Shown here one piece after another: positions 1 to 9,978 of a stretch of DNA of 64,000 nt. Origin of the DNA: Thermodesulfobacteriota bacterium (GTDB taxonomy: Bacteria; Desulfobacterota; Desulfobacteria; Desulfobacterales; UBA11574); assembly GCA_042573625.1 (NCBI GenBank), contig JBHPCZ010000002.1, forward strand, positions 9,896-73,895, given 5' to 3'. The translations under genes and the position numbers were made by a program. The first letter of the stretch is position 1; every line of letters starts with the position of its first letter. The notes under the pieces are model-generated. The model ran no database searches. It was not told where the DNA came from and saw only the letters and a program-made list of their open reading frames with translations.

Positions 1-207
1 CATGGGCGGGACCACACAGGAAATTATGGTTTTATCAATCTCTTTTGATTGGATATCGCCCCCGGAGAAAAGTCCGGTGGCAAGAATGTTGAACTCATCT
101 TCTGTGGTATTCCGTTCCGTACGTGTCCGCCAGTTTTGAACCAGACGGCTTCCGTCGTAAATACCCATCACAGTGTTTGTGTTGCCAACATCAATAACAA
201 AAAGCAT
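1..207 (-). CDS. coaX: type III pantothenate kinase, N-terminal 69 codons; the gene runs off the window start
   Basis: Hand translation of the minus strand from the ATG at 205-207 gives MLFVIDVGNTNTVMGIYDGSRLVQNWRTRTERNTTEDEFNILATGLF... The DVGNTN phosphate-binding motif is typical of CoaX/ASKHA kinases. The reading frame stays open to position 1. Confidence 0.7.
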   Translation of the reverse strand, partial: MLFVIDVGNTNTVMGIYDGSRLVQNWRTRTERNTTEDEFNILATGLFSGGDIQSKEIDKTIISCVVPPM

Positions 208-211
208 GCTT

Positions 212-1198
212 TTATTCCTTTTTTTGTCTTCCGATCTCTGAACCCTGAATTCGGTGATCCAACGTCACCGTAAAGATCTCGGGTTTTACGCTCACAAGTG
301 TTGTGTTGACCGGCAGCGATATTACCGCTCGGCGAACATAGACACCGGGGGTTAAGCCTTTGAGATCAACATATACCTGTATTCCATTCTCTGCTTGAAG
401 CTTGTCAATATCATTTACAGGCCCCTTTGCTTTAATATTTATTACAGGAGGCGTGATGCTGTAGGTGTACGGCGTCCCTTTCCCCGCCACGATAATGCCA
501 TCAAAACTTCTTGTGACGATCTTTTCTTCAATGAATATTTCCGCTATAATAATTTTTGAAGGAGAAACAATATCGAGATCTTCAGGAAGATCAAGGGCGA
601 TCTCTTTTTTAAATGATTCTGATAACCCTTTGACAATAATGGTTTTAGTCAGGCCCCTTTCAATGGGATCAAGAACGTGTTCAGGTCCCCGCAAGATTAT
701 GGACGATGGTTTTGCCACAGCATCCGCAACAAAAAAGCCCGGAGCGAGTTTTCCAGAAAAAGAAATGACAACCGGCACTTCCTTTTGCATTTCATTATCA
801 ATTTTTACTGTCAGAAAGGACGGATTAATCTTTATGATCGAAATCGCCTTGGGAAGCGAAATACGGTTCGGGTCTACGGGAATGGTGTTGACCCCGACAT
901 CTACGCCAGACAGGTCCAGCAGGTACCTCGGTTTCAGGTCGGAAAGTCTTTCGATAGCCGATTTCGAACCACGGACACGAACTTCCAAACCTTTCAACAG
1001 AGGACCGGTGATTGTCAATCCTTCAGAGATCTCGCCGGGATCAACAGGGATGAATATGTCGGTCTCTTCCACCGCTGAACAGGATATTAGAAAAAAAAAT
1101 CCGGCACCAATGATAAAAAATAGAACAAACCGGATCAGATTCCTGTGGCTAAAAACAGATAGATCTCTATGACTGGTCATGGCAAACTGAAATAACAA
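212..1198 (-). CDS. YbbR/CdaR-like repeat protein (membrane anchored)
   Basis: N-terminal TM helix (FVLFFIIGAGFFFLI) followed by about three beta-rich modules of 80-90 aa, the pattern typical of YbbR domains. It lies directly downstream of folP. The start may be the internal MTSHR. Confidence 0.6.
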   Translation of the reverse strand: MLFQFAMTSHRDLSVFSHRNLIRFVLFFIIGAGFFFLISCSAVEETDIFIPVDPGEISEGLTITGPLLKGLEVRVRGSKSAIERLSDLKPRYLLDLSGVDVGVNTIPVDPNRISLPKAISIIKINPSFLTVKIDNEMQKEVPVVISFSGKLAPGFFVADAVAKPSSIILRGPEHVLDPIERGLTKTIIVKGLSESFKKEIALDLPEDLDIVSPSKIIIAEIFIEEKIVTRSFDGIIVAGKGTPYTYSITPPVINIKAKGPVNDIDKLQAENGIQVYVDLKGLTPGVYVRRAVISLPVNTTLVSVKPEIFTVTLDHRIQGSEIGRQKKE

Positions 1199-1224
1199 GT
1201 CTTTTTATCGTCGTAGGAAAAAAT

Positions 1225-2106
1225 TTACGATGAGCTGTTTCGTGCATTTTTAATGGCATCGATGATTCTAACCGTTGCTGACGTGTTGGCAACATTGTGG
1301 ACCCTGACAATATGGGCACCGTTTAAAACTGAAGCGGCAATCGCGGCCTGAGTGCCGGTTTCCACCTCAGGAAGGTCCGGTCGTATATCTTCAACGGTTT
1401 TATCTTTCAGGATATTTCTGATAAACGCTTTTCTGGAAGGTCCGATCATAACAGGGACACCCAGCGATGTAAATTCTCGCAAACGCTGAATTATAAATAG
1501 ATTGTGTTCAACTGTTTTTCCAAAACCGATCCCCGGATCGATGATAATTCTTTTGCGCGGAATTCCATGCTTTTCCGCACGGTCTCTGGCGTTTTCAAGA
1601 AATGCCTTAATGTCTCCAATAATATCATCATACACCGGTGAAACCTGCATGGTTTTGGGCGTTCCGAGCATATGCATCAGAATAACCGGCACTCCGTATT
1701 TTACTGCAACACCCGGCAAATCGGGATCAAGGCGGAGTGAACTGATATCATTTATTATGGAAGCCCCCGCTTCTATGGCCCGTCCGGCTACGACGGCCTT
1801 TGTTGTATCAATGGAAATGGGGATTGAAACCCGTTTTGCGAGACTTTCAATGACGGGTAAAACGCGCCGCGACTCCTCTTCCGCCGAAACGTCATCCGAA
1901 AACGGCCGTGTGGATTCACCGCCGATATCGATGATGTCCGCGCCTTCTTGAGCCAGTTTTTCGCCTTGAGCCACAGCAGCATCATACGAAAAAAACTTTC
2001 CCCCATCTGAAAACGAATCCGGTGTTACATTCACAACGCCCATAATACGGGGCCGTTCACCCAATTTCAGTGTGTGCGAACGCCATGAAATCGTGTACTT
2101 TTCCAT
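1225..2106 (-). CDS. folP: dihydropteroate synthase
   Basis: GVVNVTPDSFSDGGKF, DIGGESTRP and the pterin-binding barrel motifs. Classic ftsH-folP linkage. Confidence 0.92.
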   Translation of the reverse strand: MEKYTISWRSHTLKLGERPRIMGVVNVTPDSFSDGGKFFSYDAAVAQGEKLAQEGADIIDIGGESTRPFSDDVSAEEESRRVLPVIESLAKRVSIPISIDTTKAVVAGRAIEAGASIINDISSLRLDPDLPGVAVKYGVPVILMHMLGTPKTMQVSPVYDDIIGDIKAFLENARDRAEKHGIPRKRIIIDPGIGFGKTVEHNLFIIQRLREFTSLGVPVMIGPSRKAFIRNILKDKTVEDIRPDLPEVETGTQAAIAASVLNGAHIVRVHNVANTSATVRIIDAIKNARNSSS

Positions 2107-2182
2107 ATGCAGTCGTCATTTGCTCAATCGTGGTTTAGCTTGGAAGTATTGTTTTACGGCTCTGTATATAACACTCCGAGTG

Positions 2183-2212
2183 AAAAACAAAACCACGTCC
2201 CAGGGGGCGTGG
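2183..2212 (-). terminator. rho-independent terminator after ftsH
   Basis: Minus strand reads CCACGCCC-cctg-GGACGTGG followed by TTTTGTTTTT, about 40 nt after the ftsH stop. Confidence 0.6.
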
Positions 2213-2253
2213 ATTCTTTATCAGTTTACCGAATACCAGACAAGGGGAAAAAT

Positions 2254-4119
2254 TCAAGATACCGACTCTTGGGTCTCGGCGTCCTTGCCGTTTTCACTCT
2301 CTTCGGCACGTTTTAAAGGGAGCTCTATCCCGGGTCTCATGGAAAAAATGAGTTCATCGAGCTCAGCTCCTGAAACCGTCTCCTTTTCAAGAAGAAGTTC
2401 AGACAAATTGTGAAGAATATCTAAATTTTCTTTTAGAACCTGCTTCGCGCGTTGGTAACACCTGTCGATTAAATTGTTAATTTCTTCGTCGATTTTTCTT
2501 GCTGTATCTTCAGAGTAATCTCTGTGCTGGGCGATTTCACGCCCCAGGAAAACATGTTCTTCATTCTTGGCATAGGAAAGGGGCCCCAGTACTTCGCTCA
2601 TACCCCAGCTTCGCACCATTTTTTGGGCTATATCCGTTGCCTGTTTGATATCGTTGGCCGCACCGGTGCTGATGCGGTTGAAAACAACCTCTTCCGCAGC
2701 TCTTCCTCCAAAAGCAACCGACAATTCGCTCTCGAGCTGGTCTTTGAATCTAAAATCCCTCTCTTCAGGCAAAAACCAGGTGATGCCCGCTGCACGCCCC
2801 CGGGGAATAATAGTGATCTTGTTGACGGCATCCGTTTCCGGAAGAAGGCGAGCAACAAGTGCGTGCCCTCCTTCGTGATATGCCGTGATCTTTCTGTCCT
2901 CATCCTTGACCACTTTCGATTTTCGCTCCAGTCCCATGTAAACCTTGTCTTTGGCATCCTCCATTTCGAGCATGCTGACTCTTTCTTTATTTCTCTTGGC
3001 GGCAAGGAGGGCTGCCTCGTTTACAAGATTTTCCAGATCAGCACCGGAGAAACCGGGTGTCCCTTTCGCCACGATAAGGGGATCAACATCGGCATCGGTG
3101 GGTGATTTTTTCAGGTGAACTTGAAGGATCCCTTCACGACCTTTGATATCCGGCAGCGGCACAACCACCTGACGGTCAAAACGCCCGGGACGCATCAGCG
3201 CCGGATCAAGGACATCGGGCCGGTTTGTTGCAGAAATAAGAATAACCCCCTCATTCGATTCAAATCCATCCATTTCGACCAGGAGCTGGTTTAACGTCTG
3301 TTCTCTTTCGTCATGTCCGCCACCAAGGCCCGCCCCCCGATGCCGGCCGACAGCGTCGATCTCATCGATAAAAATAATACAGGGCGCGTTCTTTTTTCCC
3401 TGGACAAACAGATCCCTCACACGGGACGCACCCACACCGACAAACATTTCAACAAAATCCGAGCCGCTGATACTAAAAAACGGCACATCAGCCTCTCCTG
3501 CAATCGCACGGGCCAAAAGGGTTTTTCCTGTTCCAGGCGATCCCATCAGGAGAACACCTTTGGGTATTCGACCACCCAGGCGGGTAAACTTCTTAGGTTC
3601 TCTGAGGAACTCTATAATCTCTCCCAGTTCTTCCTTGGCTTCATCGATTCCAGCCACGTCCTCAAAAGTAACTTTTGTCGATTTGTCGGATTGGAGGCGG
3701 GCGCGACTCTTTCCGAAGGACATGGCCTTGCCGCCACCGGATTGCATTTGTCGCATGAAAAATACCCATACGCCAATGAGCACGATCATCGGAAACCATG
3801 AAACGAGGACAGACATGTACCAGGGCGATTCAGACGGGGGTTTGGCGCTAATGGACACGCCCTTGTTCCTTAAAAACTTGATGAGATCACTGTCCTGGGG
3901 TGCATAAACCTTGAAATGATTTCGATTGGTATCCGTAACGAGAAGCTCCTGCCCCTGTATAACGACATCGGCAACACGTTCACTGTCGACCATGGCAAGA
4001 AATTCTGAATAACTGATACTTGTTTCAGAAAGCTGCTGTTGATTGAAAAGGTTGTAAAGCATGACCATCATCAGCGTAATGACGATCCACAAAGCCAGAT
4101 TCTTATAAAACGGATTCAA
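2254..4119 (-). CDS. ftsH: ATP-dependent zinc metalloprotease FtsH
   Basis: Two N-terminal TM segments, Walker A GPPGTGKT-like ([11 protein letters not shown]), SRH, and HEGGH zinc motif. Confidence 0.97.
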   Translation of the reverse strand: MNPFYKNLALWIVITLMMVMLYNLFNQQQLSETSISYSEFLAMVDSERVADVVIQGQELLVTDTNRNHFKVYAPQDSDLIKFLRNKGVSISAKPPSESPWYMSVLVSWFPMIVLIGVWVFFMRQMQSGGGKAMSFGKSRARLQSDKSTKVTFEDVAGIDEAKEELGEIIEFLREPKKFTRLGGRIPKGVLLMGSPGTGKTLLARAIAGEADVPFFSISGSDFVEMFVGVGASRVRDLFVQGKKNAPCIIFIDEIDAVGRHRGAGLGGGHDEREQTLNQLLVEMDGFESNEGVILISATNRPDVLDPALMRPGRFDRQVVVPLPDIKGREGILQVHLKKSPTDADVDPLIVAKGTPGFSGADLENLVNEAALLAAKRNKERVSMLEMEDAKDKVYMGLERKSKVVKDEDRKITAYHEGGHALVARLLPETDAVNKITIIPRGRAAGITWFLPEERDFRFKDQLESELSVAFGGRAAEEVVFNRISTGAANDIKQATDIAQKMVRSWGMSEVLGPLSYAKNEEHVFLGREIAQHRDYSEDTARKIDEEINNLIDRCYQRAKQVLKENLDILHNLSELLLEKETVSGAELDELIFSMRPGIELPLKRAEESENGKDAETQESVS

Positions 4120-4179
4120 AATATGTTATCCTCCTGAAAAGTACTTATAATGTAAATACATATTAATCATCATTGCCCG

Positions 4180-5610
4180 TTAGGCAAGAAAAAGTTCCAC
4201 TCTCAATACATTTTGGGTTGAAGACCGCACCTTCGCCGACTCATCTATTCTATGATTGACAACCCAAATGATTTTCCCCTTGCTGAGCAGGATGAGACAT
4301 TTTGAGCGTTCGGTTATGGGGACCTTATTATTAATAAAGTATTTTTTTACCTTTTGCGAACCCTTCATGCCCAGCGGTGTAAAACGATCCCCGGGTCGGA
4401 AATTCCTCAGGACCAGCGGAAAGGTTATCTCATTCATATCAAAATAAGCCGCATCCTGTCCAGTACGGAGAAAATCGGGCACGTTTTCTTTGGCCAATTC
4501 AGTAAAGTTCATATGGGCATTGATCTCTTTTATGAATACTATTCCGTGACTGACTATTTCGTATTCAAAAGGGGGGACAGCCGCGTTGCCGGATCTGACG
4601 ATTGAATCACGTAGAGGGGTTCTTTCTTTTGAAAATCGAAGAATATCTCCTTCTAAACGTACTCTGATGCGCCCGGGTAAATCAAGGCTTTTATAGGCGG
4701 GTCCGTTTTTCAAAAGGCCAATGATGGATTCTATGTGGGATAAGGTGACAGACCTCAAATTTCCTTTGATCCTTGCAATTCCCTTCCTGATTAACCTTCT
4801 CTGGGCTGCAACATGTATTCCGTCAAGTCTTTGAACAGAAAGGAAAAGATTGTCATCTGACTCATTTACGATCAATTTTGCAAAGACTGGGGCGATTCTC
4901 TTTTCAGACCATTCCTCTTCAGATCTCAAAATTGAAGCAAGCCGGTTCAGTGTTTTGACTATACTTGGATTGTAATCGGCTTTTATGGCTGGAATTAACC
5001 GGTGTCGAATTCTGTTCCGAAGGTATCTCACCTCTCTGTTGGATTCGTCCGATACGTATTTCAATCCTTTATTATTCAAAAAATCAATAATATCAGGTCG
5101 CGTTAATCTTATCAGCGGGCGGACAATCCTTTCCTCCCTCACTGGCGGAATCCCTGACAGACCGACCGGGCCGCTTCCTCTCATAAGATTCATCAAAACG
5201 AGTTCTGCGTTATCATCACAATGATGCCCAAGGGCGATCCTGTTGAACCCGTTTCTTTGTGCCACACGGTCGTAGAATTTGTAGCGGACGCGTCGGGCCG
5301 CTTCAGCAAGGGAAATCCTCTTTTCAATCTGATATTTTCGGACATCCGCTTTCTCGATATAACAGGGCAAATTAACCTCGCTGGCGAGAGACGCAACAAA
5401 TTCAGCTTCTTTATCTGAAACCTTCGGGCGGAGGCCGTGGTTTAGGTGGGCCACCCCGAGTCTGATAGAAAATCGGGGAGCCAGTACGAGAAGAATATGG
5501 AGGAGGGCCACGGAGTCCGGTCCGCCTGAAACACCGATAAGAACCGAATCTTCCAGCTCAAACATGCTGTAGGCTGTGACGGTCTCTTCTACAGTCTTTA
5601 GTATCTTCAA
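4180..5610 (-). CDS. tilS: tRNA(Ile)-lysidine synthase
   Basis: PP-loop SGGPDS near the N-terminus. Length and C-terminal TilS substrate domain fit. Conserved tilS-ftsH order. Confidence 0.9.
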   Translation of the reverse strand: MKILKTVEETVTAYSMFELEDSVLIGVSGGPDSVALLHILLVLAPRFSIRLGVAHLNHGLRPKVSDKEAEFVASLASEVNLPCYIEKADVRKYQIEKRISLAEAARRVRYKFYDRVAQRNGFNRIALGHHCDDNAELVLMNLMRGSGPVGLSGIPPVREERIVRPLIRLTRPDIIDFLNNKGLKYVSDESNREVRYLRNRIRHRLIPAIKADYNPSIVKTLNRLASILRSEEEWSEKRIAPVFAKLIVNESDDNLFLSVQRLDGIHVAAQRRLIRKGIARIKGNLRSVTLSHIESIIGLLKNGPAYKSLDLPGRIRVRLEGDILRFSKERTPLRDSIVRSGNAAVPPFEYEIVSHGIVFIKEINAHMNFTELAKENVPDFLRTGQDAAYFDMNEITFPLVLRNFRPGDRFTPLGMKGSQKVKKYFINNKVPITERSKCLILLSKGKIIWVVNHRIDESAKVRSSTQNVLRVELFLA

Positions 5611-5955
5611 GTGAGTTCGCTCTGCTTATCCCGCCCCGGCGGGAAAATGATGGAACGATTATGCTAAGTGAGTTAATTCGTAATCGAATTTACGAATCGA
5701 TGGACCCAGCTCCCCGCCGCAAACGGCAGGGTATCAAAATTGAATATTTTCAAAGGTCTAGTCGCGTTTGTTTGTATTGTGCAGAACGCTACCGGCGTTA
5801 TTTCTCCAGGAAACTATCGAATGAGAGGTGCAGAATGTTTTCTCTGTTCAGCCTATGATAGACGCGGTGTAATGTCAATAAAAAACACTGGATATTGTGT
5901 CTAATCACTCTGTGCATGGCCTATCTTGTGTTTAAAACTAGGCTTTATTTTTATC

Positions 5956-5984
5956 TTGAAAAAAAACCGTGTAAATAATACTTT
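5956..5984 (+). promoter_or_regulatory. putative sigma-70 promoter of the SRP RNA
   Basis: TTGAAA (5956-5961), 17-nt spacer, TACTTT (5979-5984), 6-7 nt before the predicted SRP RNA 5' end. Confidence 0.3.
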
Positions 5985-5990
5985 CATTAT

Positions 5991-6247
5991 CGGTTGTGCT
6001 AGGCGGGGAGCTAGCGGTGCCCTTTTCCCGAAATCCGCTTATGCGGGGCTGAATTCCCTCTTGAGGGTTTTTATCCGTAAACGTGCAAGCTATCCTGACC
6101 GGCCGCCGCGCAACAGGCGGTCACGAACCTCGTCAGGTCCGGAAGGAAGCAGCGATAAGGGATGCGGTCTGTGTCGCGAATCGATCCCGGTCAAAGATAT
6201 AGTTTGCTCAATCTCGGAATAAGACTCGATAGAGGGTGCACAACCCA
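5991..6247 (+). ncRNA. ffs: signal recognition particle RNA, long Bacillus-type with Alu domain
   Basis: Universal helix-8 motif GTCAGGTCCGGAAGGAAGCAGC at 6132-6153. The 5' region GTGCTAGGCGGGGAGCTAGCGGTGCCC...AATCCGC...GAATTCCCTCTTGAGGG matches the B. subtilis scRNA Alu domain by eye. The 5' GGTTGTGC (5992-5999) pairs with the 3' GCACAACC (6238-6245). Confidence 0.85.
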
Positions 6248-6402
6248 CCCGATTGTAAAGAATCCGAACCCGGAAAACCCGGCCTTGATTTGCCCCCTTG
6301 ACGGAGACTATGAGTGTCAACAAACTCATGAGTGACCGGAGAGACTATAGCTTCGAGTTCTTAGATTTTTTGTTAATATTACAGACATTATTTGAACCGC
6401 AG

Positions 6403-6482
6403 AATTTCGAACAAGGAATGTCGAATTTTGAAGGAACACTTCATCATTCGACATTCCTTGTTGTATATTGGATATTCGGCAA
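6403..6482. repeat. hairpin-forming copy of repeat family A (CGAACAAGGAATGTCGAA arms)
   Basis: TTCGAACAAGGAATGTCGAA (6406-6425) and its complement TTCGACATTCCTTGTTG (6447-6463) are separated by 21 nt and followed by TATATTGGATATTCGG. Related modules occur at 6793-6832, 11643-11685 and 24462-24484. Confidence 0.8.
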
Positions 6483-6792
6483 CTTGTAAAATCGCGACTG
6501 TTTTCAAAACCGGGGGCGATGCCCCCTTCGCGCGAACTGTGTGAACAAGCACTCATAATCCGGCACTTCTGAAAGAAGTTAAAATACCCCTTCATCCGTG
6601 CATTGATCCGATTCGACATCACAAAGGAGGATCAGTCTCGTTCCATTATAGCGGCTTTCATAGACATGTTCCTACTGATTCGCTTTTGTTCATATTATAG
6701 TGGGCTCTCGTTCAGCATAGCAAGAGACACCAGGAAGCCCATTATGAAAGCATCGCCACAGCCTTTGAAAACATTCTCTATTTTACAGCTAT

Positions 6793-6950
6793 GGAATGTC
6801 CAACATCCATCAAGGAATATTGAATAACGAAGTCTTTTCGGCCTTGCAAAATAACAGCGCCTGATTTCAAGAAGAAGTGAACCCTAAAAAACCCTGTTTT
6901 CCTTCTGTATTCAGTATTGGATATTCGATATCCGATATTGAAAATATCGG
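6793..6950. repeat. composite repeat unit (family A module + ACAGCGCC..TTTCAAG..CTGTTTTCCTTC + ATTGGATATTCGATAT module)
   Basis: The segments at 6851-6950 and 11708-11803 share the ordered blocks ACAGCGCC(N)TTTCAAG, CTGTTTTCCTTC and TTCAGTATTG/GATATTCGATAT. 6793-6832 is a degenerate GGAATGTC.AAC..AAGGAAT module. Confidence 0.7.
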
Positions 6951-7240
6951 TTTATATTTATCCTATCACCAAAAACCGACAACCCCGCCATTCATAACCC
7001 GAAATCGACAACAAGCAGGAGTCAAAAAAAACAGGCACTGTTTATGCCAAACCTCGCCGTTATCACCTTGACATTGTTTTATAGAGTATTATTTTTGAAC
7101 ATAATTTAATATGCAACAGCCGTTGCCTGAAGTTTTTAACGCGCTATATGAGACCGAATCTTATTTCGTTTTCAGAAAAACTTAAATCGATAATCATGAA
7201 TGAACGAATTTTTAGATAGCAAAGGAGAAAACACCGGCCG

Positions 7241-7900
7241 ATGGCTGCTAAAAAGAGAATCAAGATTCATACCGAAACCGACGATGCCGGCCCTGTAGAT
7301 GAAACGCCACATGAAGTTGAAGCCGCTACAGAAGATACAACTCCCCCCAAAAGCGATTCAAATAAAAAAGAGGTTGAAGAGACCGGTGACCCATTAACGG
7401 TGATGGAAGAAAAGCTCGAATCTCTGAAGCAGGAGAACCAAGAGACCCATGATCGGTTTTTGAGGGTTTCCGCCGACTTCGAAAACTATAAGAAACGCGC
7501 TACGCGTGAAATGAATGATTTTCGGAAGTTTGCCACCGAAAGCTTCGCAAAGGCGATGCTCCCTGTAATCGACAACCTGGATCGCGCCATCGAGTCCTCA
7601 AATAATGACAAACATACCAACAATTCTGTTGTTGAAGGGGTCCATATGACCCTTAAGGAAATACTAAAAGTTTTTGACCAATTCAGTATAAAACCGTTTG
7701 AATCTCTGGGAAAAATTTTTGATCCTGGTTTTCATCAGGCTGTTATGCAAGAAGAGACTGAAGATCATCCTGATAACACTGTATCAAAGGAGCTTCAAAA
7801 AGGTTATATGATACATGACAGACTCCTCAGGCCTGCCATGGTTGTTGTCTCCAAGGCAAAAGAAAGCCCCGAAAATGAAGAAAAAGAAAATCAAAAATAA
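7241..7900 (+). CDS. grpE: nucleotide exchange factor GrpE
   Basis: RVSADFENYKKR signature, acidic N-terminus, immediately upstream of dnaK. Confidence 0.95.
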   Translation: MAAKKRIKIHTETDDAGPVDETPHEVEAATEDTTPPKSDSNKKEVEETGDPLTVMEEKLESLKQENQETHDRFLRVSADFENYKKRATREMNDFRKFATESFAKAMLPVIDNLDRAIESSNNDKHTNNSVVEGVHMTLKEILKVFDQFSIKPFESLGKIFDPGFHQAVMQEETEDHPDNTVSKELQKGYMIHDRLLRPAMVVVSKAKESPENEEKENQK

Positions 7901-7939
7901 AGGTATTGGACGATATACATAAGGTAAGGAGGAATAGAA

Positions 7940-9895
7940 ATGGGTAAAGTCATTGGAATAGATTTGGGCACCACAAATTCATGTGTGGCAATCATGGAGG
8001 GAGGCGATGCAAAAATCATCACCAACCCGGAAGGTGGTCGCACCACACCCTCTATCGTTGCTGTTTCAGATAACGGTGAGAGGATGGTGGGCCAAATCGC
8101 AAAACGGCAGGCAATTACAAACCCGGAACATACGGTATTCGCGGTAAAAAGGCTTATCGGTCGCAAATATGCATCAAAAGAAGTTCAGGATGATATAAAA
8201 ATACTGCCCTACAAGATCGAACAGGCCAGCAATGGCGACCTCCGCATCAATATTCGGGGAAAACAGCACAGTCCCGCTGAAATTTCATCTTTTATATTAG
8301 CGGACATCAAGCATACGGCAGAAGAATATCTCGGAGAGAAAGTCACCGACGCGGTGGTAACCGTGCCCGCCTATTTTGATGACAACCAACGACAGGCAAC
8401 CAAAGATGCCGGAAAAATCGCCGGTCTTAACGTGATGAGAATCATCAATGAACCCACAGCCGCATCACTGGCATACGGTCTTGACAAGAAAAGTGAAGAA
8501 AAAATAGCCGTTTTTGATCTGGGCGGTGGTACATTTGACATATCCATACTCGAGATCGGCGAAGGGGTTTTTGAAGTCAAGGCAACCCACGGGGACACAC
8601 ATCTCGGCGGCGAAGATTTTGACCTTCGACTGATTGATTATCTGGCGGATGAATTCAGAAAAGACCAGGGAATTGATATAAGAAATGACAAGATGGCCTT
8701 GCAGCGGCTTAAAGAGGCTGCTGAAAAGGCAAAAATGGAGCTGTCCACATCCATGGAAACAGATGTAAACCTCCCCTTCATAACAGCCGATGCCAGCGGT
8801 CCCAAGCACCTTAACATCAAAATAACCCGGGCCAAGCTGGAGGGGCTTATCGCTGACCTGCTCGACAGACTGGAAAAGCCCTGCCGGACCGCACTTCAAG
8901 ATGCAGCCCTGACGCCCAATGACATCAATGAAGTTATTCTGGTTGGCGGCATGACACGCATGCCGGCAGTTCAAGAACGCGTCAAGAAAATTTTCAACAA
9001 AGAACCCCACAAAGGCGTTAACCCCGACGAGGTTGTGGCCATCGGTGCCGCCATTCAAGGCGGCGTCCTGAAAGGGGACGTTAAAGATGTTCTCCTGCTC
9101 GACGTTACGCCCCTTTCCCTGGGCATCGAAACCTTAGGTGGTGTCATGACACGGCTTATTGAAAAGAATACGACCATTCCAACCAAAAAAAGCCAGATTT
9201 TTTCAACCGCGGCGGACAGCCAACCTGCTGTCTCCATCCATGTTCTTCAAGGGGAACGGGAAATGGCCGGCGGCAATAAAACCCTGGGACGCTTCGAACT
9301 TGTGGGAATACCGCCCGCCCCTAGAGGGGTTCCGCAAATCGAAGTGGCGTTCGATATTGACGCCAATGGTATTGTGAACGTCTCTGCAAAGGATACGGCG
9401 ACCGGCAAGGAGCAGTCGATCCAGATTACGGCCTCCAGCGGTCTGTCACAAGAGGAAATCGACAGACTGGTCAAAGACGCTGAGCTTCACGCTGAAGATG
9501 ATAAAATAAAAAAAGAGCTGGTAGAAGCTCGAAATCACGCTGATACACTGATTTATTCAACGGAAAAATCGATAAAGGATCTCGGGGACAAAGTCGACGC
9601 TGAAACCAAAAGCAAGATCGAAATCGCTATTGAAAACCTGAAAAAAGTCATGGAAGGTGAAAATAAGAAAGAGATCAAACGACTGAGCGAAGAATTGACC
9701 AGTGCCTCCCACAAGCTGGCCGAAGCCATGTACCAGCAAGCTGCCCAGGACAATGAGAATCAGGCTGAAGCCGGCGCAGCAGGATCGGAGCAGTCGGGAC
9801 CCTCCACAGCGCCGGATGAGGACGTGGTCGATGCCGATTTCGAGGAGGTGAAGGACGAGGTGAAGGACGAGGTGAAGGACGACGATAACAAATAG
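7940..9895 (+). CDS. dnaK: molecular chaperone DnaK (Hsp70)
   Basis: [17 protein letters not shown] and [11 protein letters not shown] signatures. 651 aa. Confidence 0.98.
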   Translation: MGKVIGIDLGTTNSCVAIMEGGDAKIITNPEGGRTTPSIVAVSDNGERMVGQIAKRQAITNPEHTVFAVKRLIGRKYASKEVQDDIKILPYKIEQASNGDLRINIRGKQHSPAEISSFILADIKHTAEEYLGEKVTDAVVTVPAYFDDNQRQATKDAGKIAGLNVMRIINEPTAASLAYGLDKKSEEKIAVFDLGGGTFDISILEIGEGVFEVKATHGDTHLGGEDFDLRLIDYLADEFRKDQGIDIRNDKMALQRLKEAAEKAKMELSTSMETDVNLPFITADASGPKHLNIKITRAKLEGLIADLLDRLEKPCRTALQDAALTPNDINEVILVGGMTRMPAVQERVKKIFNKEPHKGVNPDEVVAIGAAIQGGVLKGDVKDVLLLDVTPLSLGIETLGGVMTRLIEKNTTIPTKKSQIFSTAADSQPAVSIHVLQGEREMAGGNKTLGRFELVGIPPAPRGVPQIEVAFDIDANGIVNVSAKDTATGKEQSIQITASSGLSQEEIDRLVKDAELHAEDDKIKKELVEARNHADTLIYSTEKSIKDLGDKVDAETKSKIEIAIENLKKVMEGENKKEIKRLSEELTSASHKLAEAMYQQAAQDNENQAEAGAAGSEQSGPSTAPDEDVVDADFEEVKDEVKDEVKDDDNK

Positions 9896-9934
9896 CTTTA
9901 AATTAAAACTTGCTTTATTAGCTGTCAGTATATA

Positions 9935-9972
9935 AAAAATCCCGCAAGCACTTCTTTGTTGCGGGATTTTTT
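9935..9972 (+). terminator. rho-independent terminator of grpE-dnaK
   Basis: ATCCCGCAA (9939-9947) / TTGCGGGAT (9959-9967) stem followed by a T-run. Confidence 0.75.
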
Positions 9973-9978
9973 ATTGTA

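Noticed and set aside
465-1172. 235-aa plus-strand ORF (and 677-1078) antisense to the YbbR-like gene
   Set aside because: It lies entirely inside a better-supported minus-strand CDS. The composition is low-complexity, Ser/Arg-rich, typical of antisense frames, and there is no RBS.
5926-6222. 98-aa ORF
   Set aside because: It lies over the SRP RNA. Its peptide (..RTSSGPEGSSDK..) is just the translated helix-8 motif.
7072-7240. Search for a CIRCE (TTAGCACTC-N9-GAGTGCTAA) operator or sigma-32 promoter upstream of grpE-dnaK
   Set aside because: No match was found. Only a weak TTGACA-like -35 element at about 7066, without a convincing -10, so it is not reported as a feature.
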